A DNA stretch of 64,000 nucleotides from Ramazzottius varieornatus. Taxonomy: Eukaryota > Animalia > Tardigrada. Below, one piece after another: positions 1 through 13,500 of the stretch (its first letter is position 1; every line of letters begins with the position of its first letter). A program made the position numbers and the translations under genes. The notes beneath the pieces are model-generated. The model was not told the DNA's origin. It was given only the letters and a program-made list of their open reading frames with translations, and did not search any database. The DNA is taken from NCBI GenBank assembly GCA_001949185.1, contig BDGG01000010.1, positions 1,311,773 to 1,375,772 of the forward strand, given 5' to 3'.

Positions 1-104
1 TCTGTTTGCAGGATTGTTCTCCGTAACGCTTCTGCCTGATCGGAAATTCGCAGCCACAACCGTTGGGCAAAGGACCACTGGATGCGGAGCACTTTCGCGA
101 TCAT
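1..104 (-). CDS. Possible 5' end of an unidentified gene running off the window (MIAKVLRIQWSFAQRLWLRISDQAEALRR...)
   Basis: ATG at 104 on the minus strand, 6 nt after a TTACAG acceptor-like site. The frame is open to the window edge and is head-to-head with Top2. No recognisable homology. Confidence 0.3.
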   Translation of the reverse strand, partial: MIAKVLRIQWSFAQRLWLRISDQAEALRRTILQT

Positions 105-522
105 TTGTCCCTGTAAGTACTGCGAGAGCGCAGAAAGGTCTGTCATAGGCATTCCTAGGAGACATTCTGCGTTTAATGGCTGATTTCGAGCGAAGCTGAG
201 CTTTGTGGTGGTAGACTTCATTAGAGGTGAATTCAAGGGCTTCGGGAATTAAATTTTGATTCCCTACGAGGCTGATTTCAAATCGGAGTAACTTGACAAG
301 CTTTATACCACCATGAGTATGATGATGTGTCTCCGCAAAAGATCAGGGAGTAGTCCGGAGAAAATGGTGTGTAGGGCAGTTTCAAGCGGTGGTGACAACG
401 GTTCAACGGCTAATTTTCAAAATGATCGAAGCCTTCGCAATCCCAACTGCCGTCAGCTTTCCTGGCGCGTTGTTTTATGGCCTGGTTGCTTCTAGAGTTC
501 TGTGCTAACTCGGCGGTTGAAG

Positions 523-3500
523 ATGTCGTCGAGCGACGAGATGGAGCCCACACCGGTCAAGACCACTCCCAAGAAGAAGACGGGCAAACAGGCCCAGACT
601 GTGGAGGAGCAGTATGTCAAGTTGAAGCTTGATGAGCAGATTCTGCTACGTCCGGACACCTATATTGGTTCTATTGCCACGGCAGAGAAAGTGGTAAGAT
701 TAACGTAACATGGCCCGTTCTGCCCATGTAGTTGGGATTTGGGAGATGAGTAAACAAAATGTAGAAGATGGTTATCTCAAGTGGCGCACGTTTTCCTTGT
801 TACTGGCCGGAAGGGTGCGTCACTCTAGATGGCAATCTTGTCTGTTGGTTGGCCAGCTCCCATTCGTCGTTAGTGCGCGTGGAATACGTGAAGCAATCAT
901 CTGTTATGATTCTCTGCTTACAGAAAATGAGAATAGTGGACTTGAAAGAATTGAAGATCATCGAGGCGAAGATCGACTACGTTCCTGGCTTGTACAAGAT
1001 CTTTGACGAGATCGTGGTCAATGCAGCGGATAACAAACAGCGCGATCCGAAGATGGACAGGCTGGAAATTACGATTGAGCAGTAAGCGATGGCTGCTGTG
1101 TGCACAATATGTACGATCGAATGGAAGAAAATGAGATACCGGTCTAATGTTTGTAGGGAAAATAACGTGATCTCGGTGTTCAACAACGGAAGAGGCATTC
1201 CCATCACCAAACACGCGAAAGAAAAAGTCTGGATCCCAACCATGATTTTCGGTCATCTCCTGACATCGTCGAACTATCAAGACGATGACAAGAAGGTTGT
1301 AGGGGGTCGAAATGGGTACGGAGCGAAGCTGTGTAATCTGTTCTCGACGAAGTTTACAGTGGAGACAGCTTGCAAGAAGGGTGCCAACTACCCAGCTAAG
1401 ATCTTCAAGCAGGTACGGTACTTCACCAATAAAGCTTTATGTCCGAAACGATGTCTTACGTTGTTATATGGTTTTTCGATAGACATGGGAGCAGAACATG
1501 AAAGTCGGAGAAGAAAACTTCCAGATTCTGGCCAACGAAGACAGGAAAGAGTACACCAAAGTCACCTTCCAGCCAGATCTGCGCCGCTTCAACATGGAGA
1601 AGTTGGACGACCATATCGCTGGTCTGATGGCACGACGAGCTTTCGACTTGGCGGGAACATGTAAAGGTGTCAAAGTCAAGCTCAACACCAAGGAAATCAA
1701 GGTAATGTACCACCTCCGTTACTGTAAGTGTCGTGTTGACTAATTTGCGGTTTTCGTATAGGTGAACGGCTTCGAAGACTACGTCAAATTCCTCGTCAAA
1801 GACGCCAAAGACGAGTACGACAACCCGATCGAGAAGATTGCTTTCGCCAGGTCTGACCCCATCAAAGTGACCAACGAAGACGGCAAAGAGATCTCGCAGG
1901 TTCGCTGGGAAGTGGCTTGCGTGCCGAGTACGAACGGAGAGTTCCAGCAAGTTAGCTTCGTCAACAGTATCGCCACCACGAAGGTACCGTATATCTAGAA
2001 ATGTAAATGTGTGAGTACGCATACTGAGGGTTGTCATTATGGATTTACTCTTGCGCTGTAGGGAGGGCAGCATGTGAACTACATTGCCGATCAGATCGCC
2101 GACCACTTGATAACTGTGGCGAAGAAGAAGAACAAGAGCGGAACTGAGCTCACGAGGAATCACGTAAGTGTTGCTGCTTCTCTCAAGGAAATTTTCTGTT
2201 GGTTTTATGAAGGTGAAAGTGAGTGCTTTTGTAGATCAAGCAGCACATGTGGGTCTTCGTTAACTGTCTCATTGAGAACCCGACGTTCGACTCTCAGACC
2301 AAAGAGTACATGACACTGGCCAAGAAGAGCTTTGGTTCCACCTTCAAGCTACCTGAGAAGTTCTGCAAGACGGTCGCTAGCTTGAGTATCGCGGAGTCTG
2401 CAGTGGCCATGATGAACCTCAAAGCGGAGGTGAGATCTTGAATGTAGCAGTACAGTACGTGCAATAGGCCTAAGGTGATTGTTTTGGATGCAGGCGAAAC
2501 TCCAGCGAGCAGGTGGTACCAAGACGTCGAGGCTGAAAGGCATCGTGAAGCTGATGGATGCTAACCAGGCTGGTTCGAAGCACTCGAAGGAATGCACGCT
2601 GATCTTGACCGAAGGAGACTCGGCCAAGTGTTTGGTAGAGGCCGGCTTCGCTGTTGTCGGTCGTGACAGATACGGCGTCTTCCCGCTTCGTGGTAAGCTC
2701 CTCAACGTCCGCGACGCCACCTCCAAACAGGTGAGTATTTTTACGCTTTGTCTACGCAGTGATTTCCGGTCAGGGATATCTTCTTTCTTTACAGTTGACG
2801 GAGAACAAGGAGATCGAGCATCTCGTCAAGATTCTAGGTCTCGACTACCGAAGGCAGTACACGACAGAAGAAGACTTCAAGAGACTTCGGTATGGTCGTC
2901 TGATGATCATGACGGATCAAGATCAAGATGGTTCCCATATCAAAGGTCTCCTGATCAACTTCCTGCACGCCAAGTTTCCCCACTTGTTGCGTCGAACGCC
3001 GAACAACGCCTTCTTGGAGGAGTTCATTACTCCCATTGTCAAAGTTACCAGAAAGATCGGCGGACGCGAGGAAGAACAATCCTTCTACAGCCTACCGGAA
3101 TTCGAACAGTGGAAGTCCAAGCTGGACGAGAAGGAACGGAAAGGCTGGAAGGAAAAGTACGCTAAGAACATTTCTGAAGCTCGCTAGATTGTTCTGCCGA
3201 ATGTTACCGTGGTTGCTTTTCTTCAGGTACTACAAAGGGTTGGGTACTAGCACGGCCAAGGAGGCTAAGGAGTACTTCAACAACCTTACTCGTCATCGCA
3301 TCAAGTTTGGCTACTCTGGAGCGAATGACGACGACAACATTGACATGGCTTTCAGCAAGAAGCGAGCGGACGATCGGAAGAACTGGCTGACGGAAGGAAT
3401 GAGGGTAAGTTCAAAAGTTCGCTGTACGAGACGGAAATCTTGGTGCTTTCGGACTTTTAGGCTTGAATAATGGGATCCCTCAAGTAAACTTGCTTTCTTG

Positions 3501-6500
3501 CAGCAACGAACCGAGCTGAAGAACACCAACCAGCCTCCCATCTACCTCTACCAGAAAGACACGAAGGCGGTGACGTACACGGACTTTGTCAACAAGGAGC
3601 TGTACTACTTCTCCAACATGGACAACGAACGCTCCATCCCTTCCATGGTAGACGGCTTGAAACCTGGTCAGCGCAAAGTGATGTTCACCTGTTTTAAGCG
3701 AAATGACAAGAAAGAAGTTAAGGTAAGATGACGCACTTCGTTCGGGACATTCTGAAAGGGGAGGACTCGGCTGGTCGCACGCACCTGCATACACGTTTTG
3801 TTACATTACACCCACGGCGTGGTGTATGCAGGTTCGCATTGGTCGGGCTTGCATGTCTTGGCCGAGTTCCAGTGAACCGAGGTATACTGGAATCGGTTTT
3901 CGAAAATTCTTTGTGCGTTTAGGTTGCGCAGCTCGCTGGATCCGTGGGCGAAGCTTCTGCTTACCACCACGGCGAACAGTCGCTGATGTCCACGATTGTC
4001 GGGTTGGCGCAGGACTTTGTCGGCAGCAACAACATCAACCTGCTTCAGCCTCGCGGTCAGTTCGGTACTCGCAACCTCGGAGGGAAAGACAGCGCAAGTC
4101 CCCGTTACATCTTCACCCTGCTGAGCCCAACCGCGCGAGCCATCTTCCACAAGGACGACATGCCACTTCTCAACTACCTCTACGACGACAACCAGAAGAT
4201 CGAACCCGAGTGGTATTGTCCCATCATCCCCATGGTCCTGGTCAACGGCGCCGAAGGTATCGGAACCGGCTGGTCCACGAAGATTCCCAACTACAATCCT
4301 GAAGACATCATCAATAACATTCGGCGCATGCTGAATGGCGAAGAACCCAGACCAATGGTATGTGAAACTTATACGACCCTTCCGAATGACCGGCGTAATG
4401 CAGCAGTTTCTTTTCTTTGTTTTTTAGCTTCCGTGGTTCAGAGGATTCCGAGGCCAGATTCAGCCCATCGATGCTGGTCGCCGCGTGGTAGCTAGCGGGG
4501 TGGTGTCCGTCCTCGATGAGGAAGACTCGATCGAGATCACGGAACTTCCGGTCCGTACCTGGACTCAGTCGTACAAGGAGTCGGTTATCGAACCGATGCT
4601 GACGGGAACTGAGAAGGATGGCGGCAAAGGAAAGCCTCAGCAGATCACGTAAGCTGACTTATCGGTTGATATCCGTATCCTTGGTACATATTCCACACAG
4701 CTTTTACGCCTTTTTTCTTGCAGAGACTATCGAGAGTACCACACTGACGCTACAGTGCGCTTTGTCGTCAGAATGCAGCCAGCGAAGTTCAAGGAGTTCG
4801 AGAGGGAAGGCTTCCACAAGGTCTTCAAGCTTCAGAGCCCGATGGCCCTCACTCAGATGGTAAGTGGGTACAACTTTAGTGTATCGCACTTGGTTCACGT
4901 AAACCGTTTTGAGAATGAGAAACGAAGTTCATAGTATGTAGACTATGAGGGACCTACGCAAACTCGACAAAATCGTTTTCACAAGCGGCGCACGCCTCCA
5001 GCCACTAACCCCGACGGCGTGCGCCACTTGCGATGACCGTCTTGTGGAGTTTGTTTGCCAACCTTCCATATGTTCTGAACAGAAAGTACATCTCATGTTC
5101 AGATGTATCGATTTCGGAATGTATATTGTAGGTTTTGTTCGACGCCAATGGGCAGATCAAGAAGTACGACAGCGCCGAGCACATTCTGAAGGAGTTCTAC
5201 GAGCTGCGTCTGAAGCGCTATCAAATGCGCAAGGACTACTTGGTGGGCATGCTATCTGCTGCTGCCAAGAAGCTGATGAATCAGGCTCGTTTTATCGTGG
5301 AGAAGATCGAAAAGAAGATCACAATTGGTGAGTCCACTTCCGGGTGGAATGATTTCCTTAAGGCTGATAACTGAGCAAACAGACTGCATCTTCCGTTCCA
5401 GAAAACAAGAAGCGCACGATCATGATCGATGACCTGATCAAAGCCAAGTACGATCCCGATCCAGAGCTGGCGTGGAAGAAGTCGCTGAAACAGCAGCAAG
5501 AGCTGGAAGAAGAGGACGAAGAGGCGGAAGATATGGTGGAGAATGAGGGAGAGGTTGCTGATGATGCGAACGCAGACAAAACGAAAGACAAGGACAAGAA
5601 GTCCGACTATGACTACCTTCTCGGCATGAGAATGTGGGCCCTTACTTTGGAAAGAAAGGAGGCTTTGCTGAAAGAGCGCGATGATAAGGTACGTTCGCAT
5701 GTCCTTAGTCGCTTCTTATGTTCTAGTAAGTTATTGTCCTGAGTAGATCAGAGAGCTGGAGGTTATGAAGAGCAGAACTCCGAAGGACTTGTGGAATGCC
5801 GACTTGGACGCTCTGCTGATCGCACTTGAGGTGAGGCTCGGTCTCTTAACATATTATTGTAACGATATGTGTGTCGTGAGCAAGAAAGCCTGGTGTTAAG
5901 AGTGTGATTTTCCTGTGTAGAAAGCTAAGGATGAAGAACATGAGATGCACGACCAGCCAGTCGATGGCTCGCCTGATGGGAAGAAGCCTGCAAAGGGCAA
6001 GGGTGGTGTCAAGGGACGTGGTAAGAAGAACGTTATTCCCAACGCTGCTGACACCTTGCCCGCAAAGAACGCTAAGCTGGTCGAGCCTGTCATCGACGCT
6101 GCCCTCATTCTTCGACTGGAAAAGGCCAACGAAGCCAAGGAACGAAAAGAAAAGGTACGGCGGGGTTCGGGTTGATATTTCGTCAACGCAAGAGGCGCGC
6201 ATTTCCATGGTTACTGGCTGAGAGTTTGCGCTATTTAAGGAAAACGATATGAGTGAATTCATTTGTCGACACCGGGCGACATTCCGTTCCGTTTTGGTTT
6301 ACTTTCGTATCCGGAAAGTTAGGGGATTGTAGTAACATGCATGTTTGTAGGGCGAGCCGGCCAAGAAAGGAGGACAGAAGAAGAAGGAAGTTGGCGAAGA
6401 CGGGGAGCCTCTGGAGACTAGCGCCAATGATTCTGCCGAAAAGCCGAAGAAGAAGGCCGCTGCCAAAGACACGAAGAAGACCAAGCAGACCACTTTGGAT

Positions 6501-7687
6501 GGAGTCGTCAAGAAGACGCAGAAAAAGAAGAAGGGCTCCGATAACGAGGAAGAGTCTGATTATGACTCGGACAACCTGACTGACGGGGAGGACGATGAAG
6601 AGGATAACGAGACGGAGGTGGTGGACAAGACTACAACTGAGGACGAGTACGACTTCGGGGAGAAGATTCCGGAAAAGAAGAACCGAAAAGTTGTCAGTAA
6701 TGGTCCGTCCACTAGCAAGAAAGTGGAAAGCGATGACGATGACATTCAGGAAATCACCGAAGTCGAGAACGCAGTCAAACCATCGAAGTCCAAAGGGGAA
6801 GCAGTGGTACGTTTCTAATTTTGTCCCTCACAGTAAACATGTTGGTCTAACGACATTAATTGGCAATTTTCATCCTAGTACGAACCGAAGAAGCCTTCAT
6901 CAAAAACTTTGGCGGACTCTTCCAAGCCGGCAAAGGTGTCCAAAGCTGCCGCCGTACCGAAGGCGGCTGAGAAACCGAAGGCAGCTGACAGGAAGAAGGC
7001 GATGACCAATGGGACACCTTCCAAGACAATCAAGCTGGTGTCATCTGACGAAGAGGACTCAGAAGACGAGATGCCTGCCGTGAAGAAAGCTGCTGCTTCC
7101 AAGGCTTCAACGGCTGCCAGCAAACCGGCCATCGTCAAGAAGCCCGTTCTGAAGAGGAAGGCACTGGACTCTGGCACCGACGATGAGGACTTCGAGCCGT
7201 CAACTTCGACTCCTCCGAAGAAACAGGTGTGTGGTGCTTCACTACAACAAATCATGCGAATACAGATACGACAAGATCATTTTTCCCAAGTGGCGCATAT
7301 CTAGCCAACAAGCCTGAAGGGGTGCGCTACTTCAGAAAACAGTTGAAGTCAACAAGATCGTTTTCCAAAGTGGCGCACGTCTCTGGCCAAATATCACTGA
7401 AATAATGCGCCATTTAGGCAAGCAGTCTTGTCGTGCTTGAATGCCGGGCTATCATAAAAGTTATGTTTTCTCCTGATTCTAAAATCGCCGGTTTGAGTCG
7501 TGAATATTTTCAGAGTAAGAACGACGGAAAAGCGAAGGCCAAGGCTGTCGTGTCGGACAGCGATGAAGAAATCCCGCCACCTCGAGCTCGAGTTGCTCGC
7601 GCGGCAGCTGTTCGCAAGGTTCTCTATTCGGATAGCTCCATGGAGAACCTCGACGACGATGACGACTACCTAAACTCAGTCAATTGA
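523..7687 (+). CDS. TOP2: DNA topoisomerase II (type IIA), about 21 exons
   Basis: Spliced ORFs give ILLRPDTYIGS, EIVVNAADN, GGRNGYGAKLCN (GHKL ATPase), LILTEGDSAK, PLRGKLLNV, MTDQDQDGSHIKGL (TOPRIM), ERSIPSMVDGLKPGQRK, AYHHGEQSL and the catalytic SASPRYIFT, followed by an acidic/Lys-rich CTD. All junctions checked are GT-AG. AATAAA at 8004. Confidence 0.98.
766..840. repeat. Family-1 intronic palindromic element (Top2 intron 694-923)
   Basis: GTTATCTCAAGTGGCGCAC, 25 nt spacer (790-814), GTGCGTCACTCTAG. Confidence 0.8.
3783..3833. repeat. Family-2 intronic palindromic element (Top2 intron 3723-3922)
   Basis: ACCTGCATAC, 31 nt, GTATGCAGGT. Confidence 0.8.
4959..5053. repeat. Family-1 intronic palindromic element (Top2 intron 4860-5131)
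   Basis: CAAACTCGACAAAATCGTTTTCACAAGCGGCGCAC, 25 nt, GTGCGCCACTTGCGATGACCGTCTTGTGGAGTTTG. Confidence 0.85.
6183..6273. repeat. Family-1 intronic palindromic element, degenerate (Top2 intron 6155-6350)
   Basis: CAAGAGGCGCGC, 25 nt (6201-6225), TTGCGCTATTTAAGGAAAACGATATGAGTGAATTCATTTGTC. The spacer resembles those at 790 and 15588. Confidence 0.7.
7269..7433. repeat. Family-1 element, tandem dimer with 80-bp period (Top2 intron 7227-7513)
   Basis: Two AAGTGGCGCA(C/T)...(G/A)TGCGC units with spacers of 23 and 26 nt, joined by AAAACAGTTGAAGTCAACAAGATCGTTTT. Confidence 0.85.
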
Positions 7688-10540
7688 AGTAGGCTTTGGT
7701 TTACTTTGAATTTTCATGGAACTCTGATTTTTGTTATTAGAATATCCGAACACTTTAGCTCATCGTTATTTTTAGTTTTATTTGAAGTTTCTTTAATCCA
7801 CAGTTCGCGTCGCTTTCACTGATGGCGCGCCTCCTTCTTTTTGGTTTCCTTTTATGGTGTGAGCTTGTTAATTAGTTGGATCTCCTTTTCTTACGTCTCA
7901 ATCATTTCTCTTTCGCCCATGAAACAACCTCATTTGTGAAACGTGCAATTAAGATGCGGCGTACCTCAGAATGCCTCGATTAGACCCTTAATGTTTTTCT
8001 CGCAATAAAAGCGCGGATAGCCACACTTAGGTAAATTAGGCGGACCACACAGGCACGAAGGTTGCGCTTGGCTAACGATCAAAGTGCACAAGACACGGCA
8101 GACAGTGGCAGCATTCTTCTACAAGGCGAATGGTCAGCATGATGGCCAAGACGTTGCCCCTAGTTCCCCATGAGCGACTCTCGGCGGATCGGCATACCGG
8201 AAAGCCTTAAAGGTATCATACAATCCATACGTGAAATTCCTTCCCACATTACGCGTACATTGTACCTGCCTTGTCTTGTTGCCGGTTGTTAGCGATGGTC
8301 AGACCACACCGAGAGAGCGAGAGGAGACGGATACCTTCGACCATAAAACCATCACCGTTACCTGAAGAGGCCCGCCTTTTCCTTCTGATCAAACCAGCGC
8401 TGATATGGTCGAGCATTGCGGATGAAGAGGAGCGTAAGGCCCCTCTTTCTTTCATTGATGTTTAATTAATTAGTGCATGATACGTTTCTTAATCGAACGT
8501 ACGGATCGAGCTGACCTCAGATATAAGAGCGGATTCGGAGTGCCGAGAGTCTAATTGGACTTTGGATTCTCACGCGTTCATCTTAGGCCGTTGACTATCG
8601 TGTGGACTACCGCACGTGGGGCTGCGAGCTCGTTGGGTAATCGTGCCGGTACGGATTTCATTAGCTATCATTCTGTTGATCACATCGTCGGTGCGTTCTG
8701 TGCTCCTTTCATCTAAACGGGATTCGGTTTTTATTCCAGCAGGTATCCCGGTGGATGAGGAAATGTCCCATTGACCAGTGACGTCACTGCAGAAGTCCTT
8801 CCGGCAAGCTTGACTGAGGTTTCTTCGGGTACGTGCTAGCATGATATTATTCCCTGAGGTACGATCGGCGTTAGATCGATACATTGCGTGCCCGAAAGAA
8901 CAGTCGGGGTTCTTGAGCATCGTTCTCGGGGGAAGATCGCGGGGGTGGAAACATAGGGGGAAGGGAAAACACAGCACGAATCTGTTGAATTTCACAACAG
9001 TGGGAAACCTTGACAGTTTGTCTGTTCAATATTTTACATCCAATGATATCAATTGTGGCCTCCAAAACGTTGTGTCTTTTGCCAATCTTTGTGAGGGTCT
9101 TTTGTGTGGTGAAACATGGCGGCACGGACAGTCTGTCGTGCGAGGTGTGTGAGAAGTAAATATTACGGAGTGAGGCGATTACGCCATGGACGTCTTGATA
9201 TATGGAGAATTATTGTTGGGTGTGATGGCGATCATGCATGTCTGCGATGGGAAAAGCAGAAATGATCGCCGGAATTTAGCCTTGTCCTCATTTATTCTGA
9301 TCTAACTTTTGCCGTTATTGTTCTTTCACAAAGTGTAAGTTTTCCGCTGTTACGATAGTCTAGTATTCAAACAAGCATGGGTGATGACTAAACCGCGCTG
9401 TGTACTTTTGTCCTTGTGCTGTACCGCTAAACTACCGCTCTTGTTTGGCCTGTATTTTCTAACCTTCCTCCTGTTGATTTCAATATTTCTTAAACAATGC
9501 CAATGTGTTGCATGATCTAATTTCTACTGTGGCAGCGACAAACTTTCAATAACACCGAAAAACGTTATTCTTCCGTGGTTTCCTAACATATGTATGGGCG
9601 AAAGATGAGCGCACGTGAAGGTTCCTGCAGTCAGTTGTTGCATTTGGGTTCTTTATTTCTTCTAGCGTTTCACTTCGTCTTTGTGATATTTGTTGGGGAA
9701 TACTAGATTTGGTCGAAACTGGACTATGGTCAGTTTGGCCGTTTTATGGTGACATTGAAGGTCGATGACTGAACAACTGTTCCAGATCAGAGCACTCGGT
9801 AGGTTGATGATTGTGGCTGATACAGTGACGCTGTGTTCGGGCGTAATCAGTCGAAACCACGTTATTGTTTTACGAGGTGCCTCCTTTCTGTCGTCGTTAT
9901 AGCTCCCGAAGAGTGCATCGCGCACTCGACACTTTTCAAAATCTAGCTTATGATCGAGAATGCTCCAAATCGAAAGAGCCTGGAAGAGAGCACCGCGTTG
10001 GCCAAGCCGAGATTAAGAAGCATTACGCGGCCCATCGGTGATGTCAGGAAGTTAACCGAAAACTGTTTCACTGTAAGGTCAGATTTTTTCCTTGATTTTT
10101 TTTGCCATATCGAGTGACCACTGGTATGCTGTATTTCCGGGGTCGTCTGTAGCAAAAAAAACCACAGCGGTCAATTACGAGAGCAAACGTGTCATTAGCA
10201 TCAGCGCGGGATGGCTTGTTCCGCACTGATTTTCTTCAGCGAGCAAAGTCAGATGAGATAGTCAAGTCTCACGCGATGTCGCCCCTACGACTAAGCGAAC
10301 TTCACATCAGTTGTCTTTTGAAGATGTGCGTTTTTTATGCTCTCTGCTCCGGTGCTTTCAGACATCTCTGATGACACGCTTGGCTATCCTTGTCGGTATC
10401 GGTGATGGACAAATTAACAAGATCATTTATGTTGCAGGTTGATGTCAGGTCCCTCGGCGCACCAGTGATAGAAGCTGGGACCGGAAGTGAATCCACTCCG
10501 AGTCACTTTCTTTTGTTTATTCTTCTCTTCAAGCTCATAA

Positions 10541-13500
10541 ATGTGGACTGTGATAAGGGCGCTAGTCTTCCTGTGCTGTTACGGTAAGTCGATTAACCCT
10601 ACCGTAAGGTTCAAACCGACGCTAACCGGAAGTCATCTTAACGGAATCATCCCTTGTTCAGAAAGTTTTCGTTTGAATAATTGTAATGTGGTGTATCTGC
10701 AAACCATTGATTGACCGTCCCCGAATATAGGTTTTGTTCTTGCCGCCAATTATGCGAACACAGCGAAATCCTATCGGAGACCGGAAGCGCGCATGCAGAT
10801 GCAGGACTTGTTAGGGGCGCTGGGAGCTCGGCCGACGTGCTTGCATGAAGGCCGATGGTACTACGAACGGTCAGTCATTCCCACTATTGACTCGTGTATC
10901 AACTGCCGGTGCGAAAGTGGCATGGTACGATGCAACATGACACTGTGTCCCATGTATCCCAATGTCCAAGAAGGATGTCAGCTACTGCATCAGGATGGCT
11001 CTTGTTGTCCACAGTTGGTCTGTAATGGTAGGTCTAATATTCAGTGATAGTTATGGCTTGCTTTGATAATTCGTTCTTAAAATTTGTAGAAAATGCAACA
11101 AAGAAGCTGTCCAATGTACCGGAAATCCACGAAGCCACTCTTCTCGGTTGTACCTATAACGATTATGAGTTCGGTTTGGGCGACTTCATTCCCACTTCGG
11201 ATCCTTGTCAGGCCTGCTACTGCATCCACAACAAAACTCAGTGCGTCCATCAGAACTGCGCACTGCCGGAATCCTCTCGCGAAGGATGTCGACCGGTGTA
11301 CCATCATGGCATTTGCTGTCCAACAAGATACGACTGCTGTAAGGGAACCTAACCCCATTATCAAAGATGGGCGTTACCAATGTTTGATTGATGGCCCCTT
11401 TTTCCTTCCAGCCGAGGCGATGGCAGTTCCGCCGACGCATCGACCATTCTCCAACGCCGATGGATGCGTCGTAGACAACAAGCTGTATGACGAAGGCGAA
11501 GCCATCCCATCTGGAAAGTCCTGTCAGCATTGCTACTGTATGAAGGGCGAAATGATATGCGCCATGCAGAAATGCGACACGCCCATGGCTGGGTGTGTAC
11601 CGGTCCTTCGCGACGGACAATGTTGTCCTGAGCGTTATGAATGCCGTAAGTACTTCATTTCCTTCCACAAAGACCTAGAAACCAACTGACGATTTATTCC
11701 TTTCCAGCGAATGCAACATCAACGACGATGGCTTCTTTAGATGTTTCAAATTCCCTGAACCTTGTCAATAACAGCCAGAATGGTCAGCTGGAACTTCACA
11801 TCCTTTTGGACAACAAGCAGCCTACCGAAAGACTAACTTCGACCACACGGGCACTTGAGGAAGAGAACGAACTGGAAGGCTCGTCCCACACGACCAGTGC
11901 TTCCGTGTTCCCCGTTGCGGAGAACCAGAGGCGGACGCCGGCCAGTCAGGACATTCCCACAGTCACGCCGTCGAAAGCTAAGTTCGCCTTCCAGAGCGCA
12001 AATGGTACGGCACAGCCTTTTGGACAGCTGAAGCTACGACTGAATGGTACTTCTTCCGACTCGGAAAGTAGCTCGGTGTCAGCATCCGAGTTACTCAACT
12101 CGGCACAGCCGCTAGTTTCCCGACCAGGAACTGGAAGTGGCGACAGTAATTTGTCCAGTGGTGGCATACGGTGGAACAGACCGGTATGTTCGGCTTCCTG
12201 CAGGTGGCGCTGTTTATTGAAAAACTGGTCGTTGTACTGAACAAGGATTCTGTTACCCATTTTAGCAAATGACATCGGGTTCGGCGTTCTCAAGCGGACA
12301 ATCCAGTGCGTTTTCCTCATTTGTCAATGCTAACGGTAACAATCGCCTGATCACCCATGCTGTCTCCGGAAGTCAGATAATGAACCCACAAGATAAAGGA
12401 GAAGCCATCCTTGTCAACCAAAGCTTCAACATCACATCCCCCACTTCCACCACGGCCTCTGTTTCAATCAAAATAAACGGCAATAACGTTATAGTCAGTT
12501 CCGGCTCGAAAGCCGCTTTAGCAGGTGCAGCAGGAACCTCATCGCAAGGTAGCAAGACACTCCTACCCGTTGATCCTTCCCAGTTCGATGCATTCGAAGG
12601 TCTGACTGGTCAACAAGTGCAGCCGCAGTCAAATAACAAGGGCCAGATGAACACGTTCGTGAATGGTGCTCCCATCGACCCTACAAACCCCACCGAGATC
12701 GAAGGTGCCGCCAGTGTGTCGAACCCTAGTTCGCTAGAGAAGCTAGTGGTCCAGGTACCCTATTCCCATTTGACTGAATACGGGCTAGCAGTCGACCCTA
12801 CCGCTGCTGACGCCTACTACGGTCAACTGTCGACGAAGCCTCAGGGTTCACTGTCTTTGAACCAGAAAGACAACCAGGTTCCTATCGACCCAACAGAGTC
12901 CGCGGGAGTGGAGGGTATCGTCAAACCTAGTCAAGCTACTCATCCGGTCACTTTCCAACTGACCAACGATACAGCTCTTACCGTCAACATCCGCGGACCT
13001 CCACTGAACTCACACCCTGCTGTGGACCTGACCTCGCCCACCGACGTCGAAGGTAAAAAGCAACCAATCATAACACTGATAAAACATTTTAATTAATTAA
13101 TTAATTCACAAAAGAAGCACCGATAGAACGGGACGAGAATAACAAAATTGATGTCTTATCACAGTATAATGATCGAAAATTTGTAACACGCATTTGGCCT
13201 CCAGGCGGGCTAAGCATGCAAGGACCGACGATCAAAGCGGCCATTTCCGCCATTCCGATGGATCCCGATATGACGTCCAAAGTTGAGGGTGTACTAAAGC
13301 CCACTGCACCTGGCGTCACGGCCGTCAGTTCCAGCAACGCCGTTCCTCTGGACCCGACACTAGCGACCGAAATCGAGGGAGCTCTTTCGACTATCAAAGA
13401 ACCACGACCTAGTCAAGCTGTTCCTCTGGACCCCACACAGGCTACTGAGATCGAGGGAGTTCTTTCGACGTTGAAGGAGGTACGTCCAGCTTTTGGTCTG

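Noticed and set aside
7269-7433. CRISPR-like reading of the repeat-spacer-repeat units
   Set aside because: The arms are inverted, the spacers descend from one consensus, there are at most two units per locus, no cas genes are present and the context is eukaryotic introns.
8249-9334. ORFs between Top2 and the VWFC gene, including a signal-peptide-like ORF at 9187
   Set aside because: No homology. The 9187 frame stops before a donor site, and a better signal-peptide exon exists at 10541.
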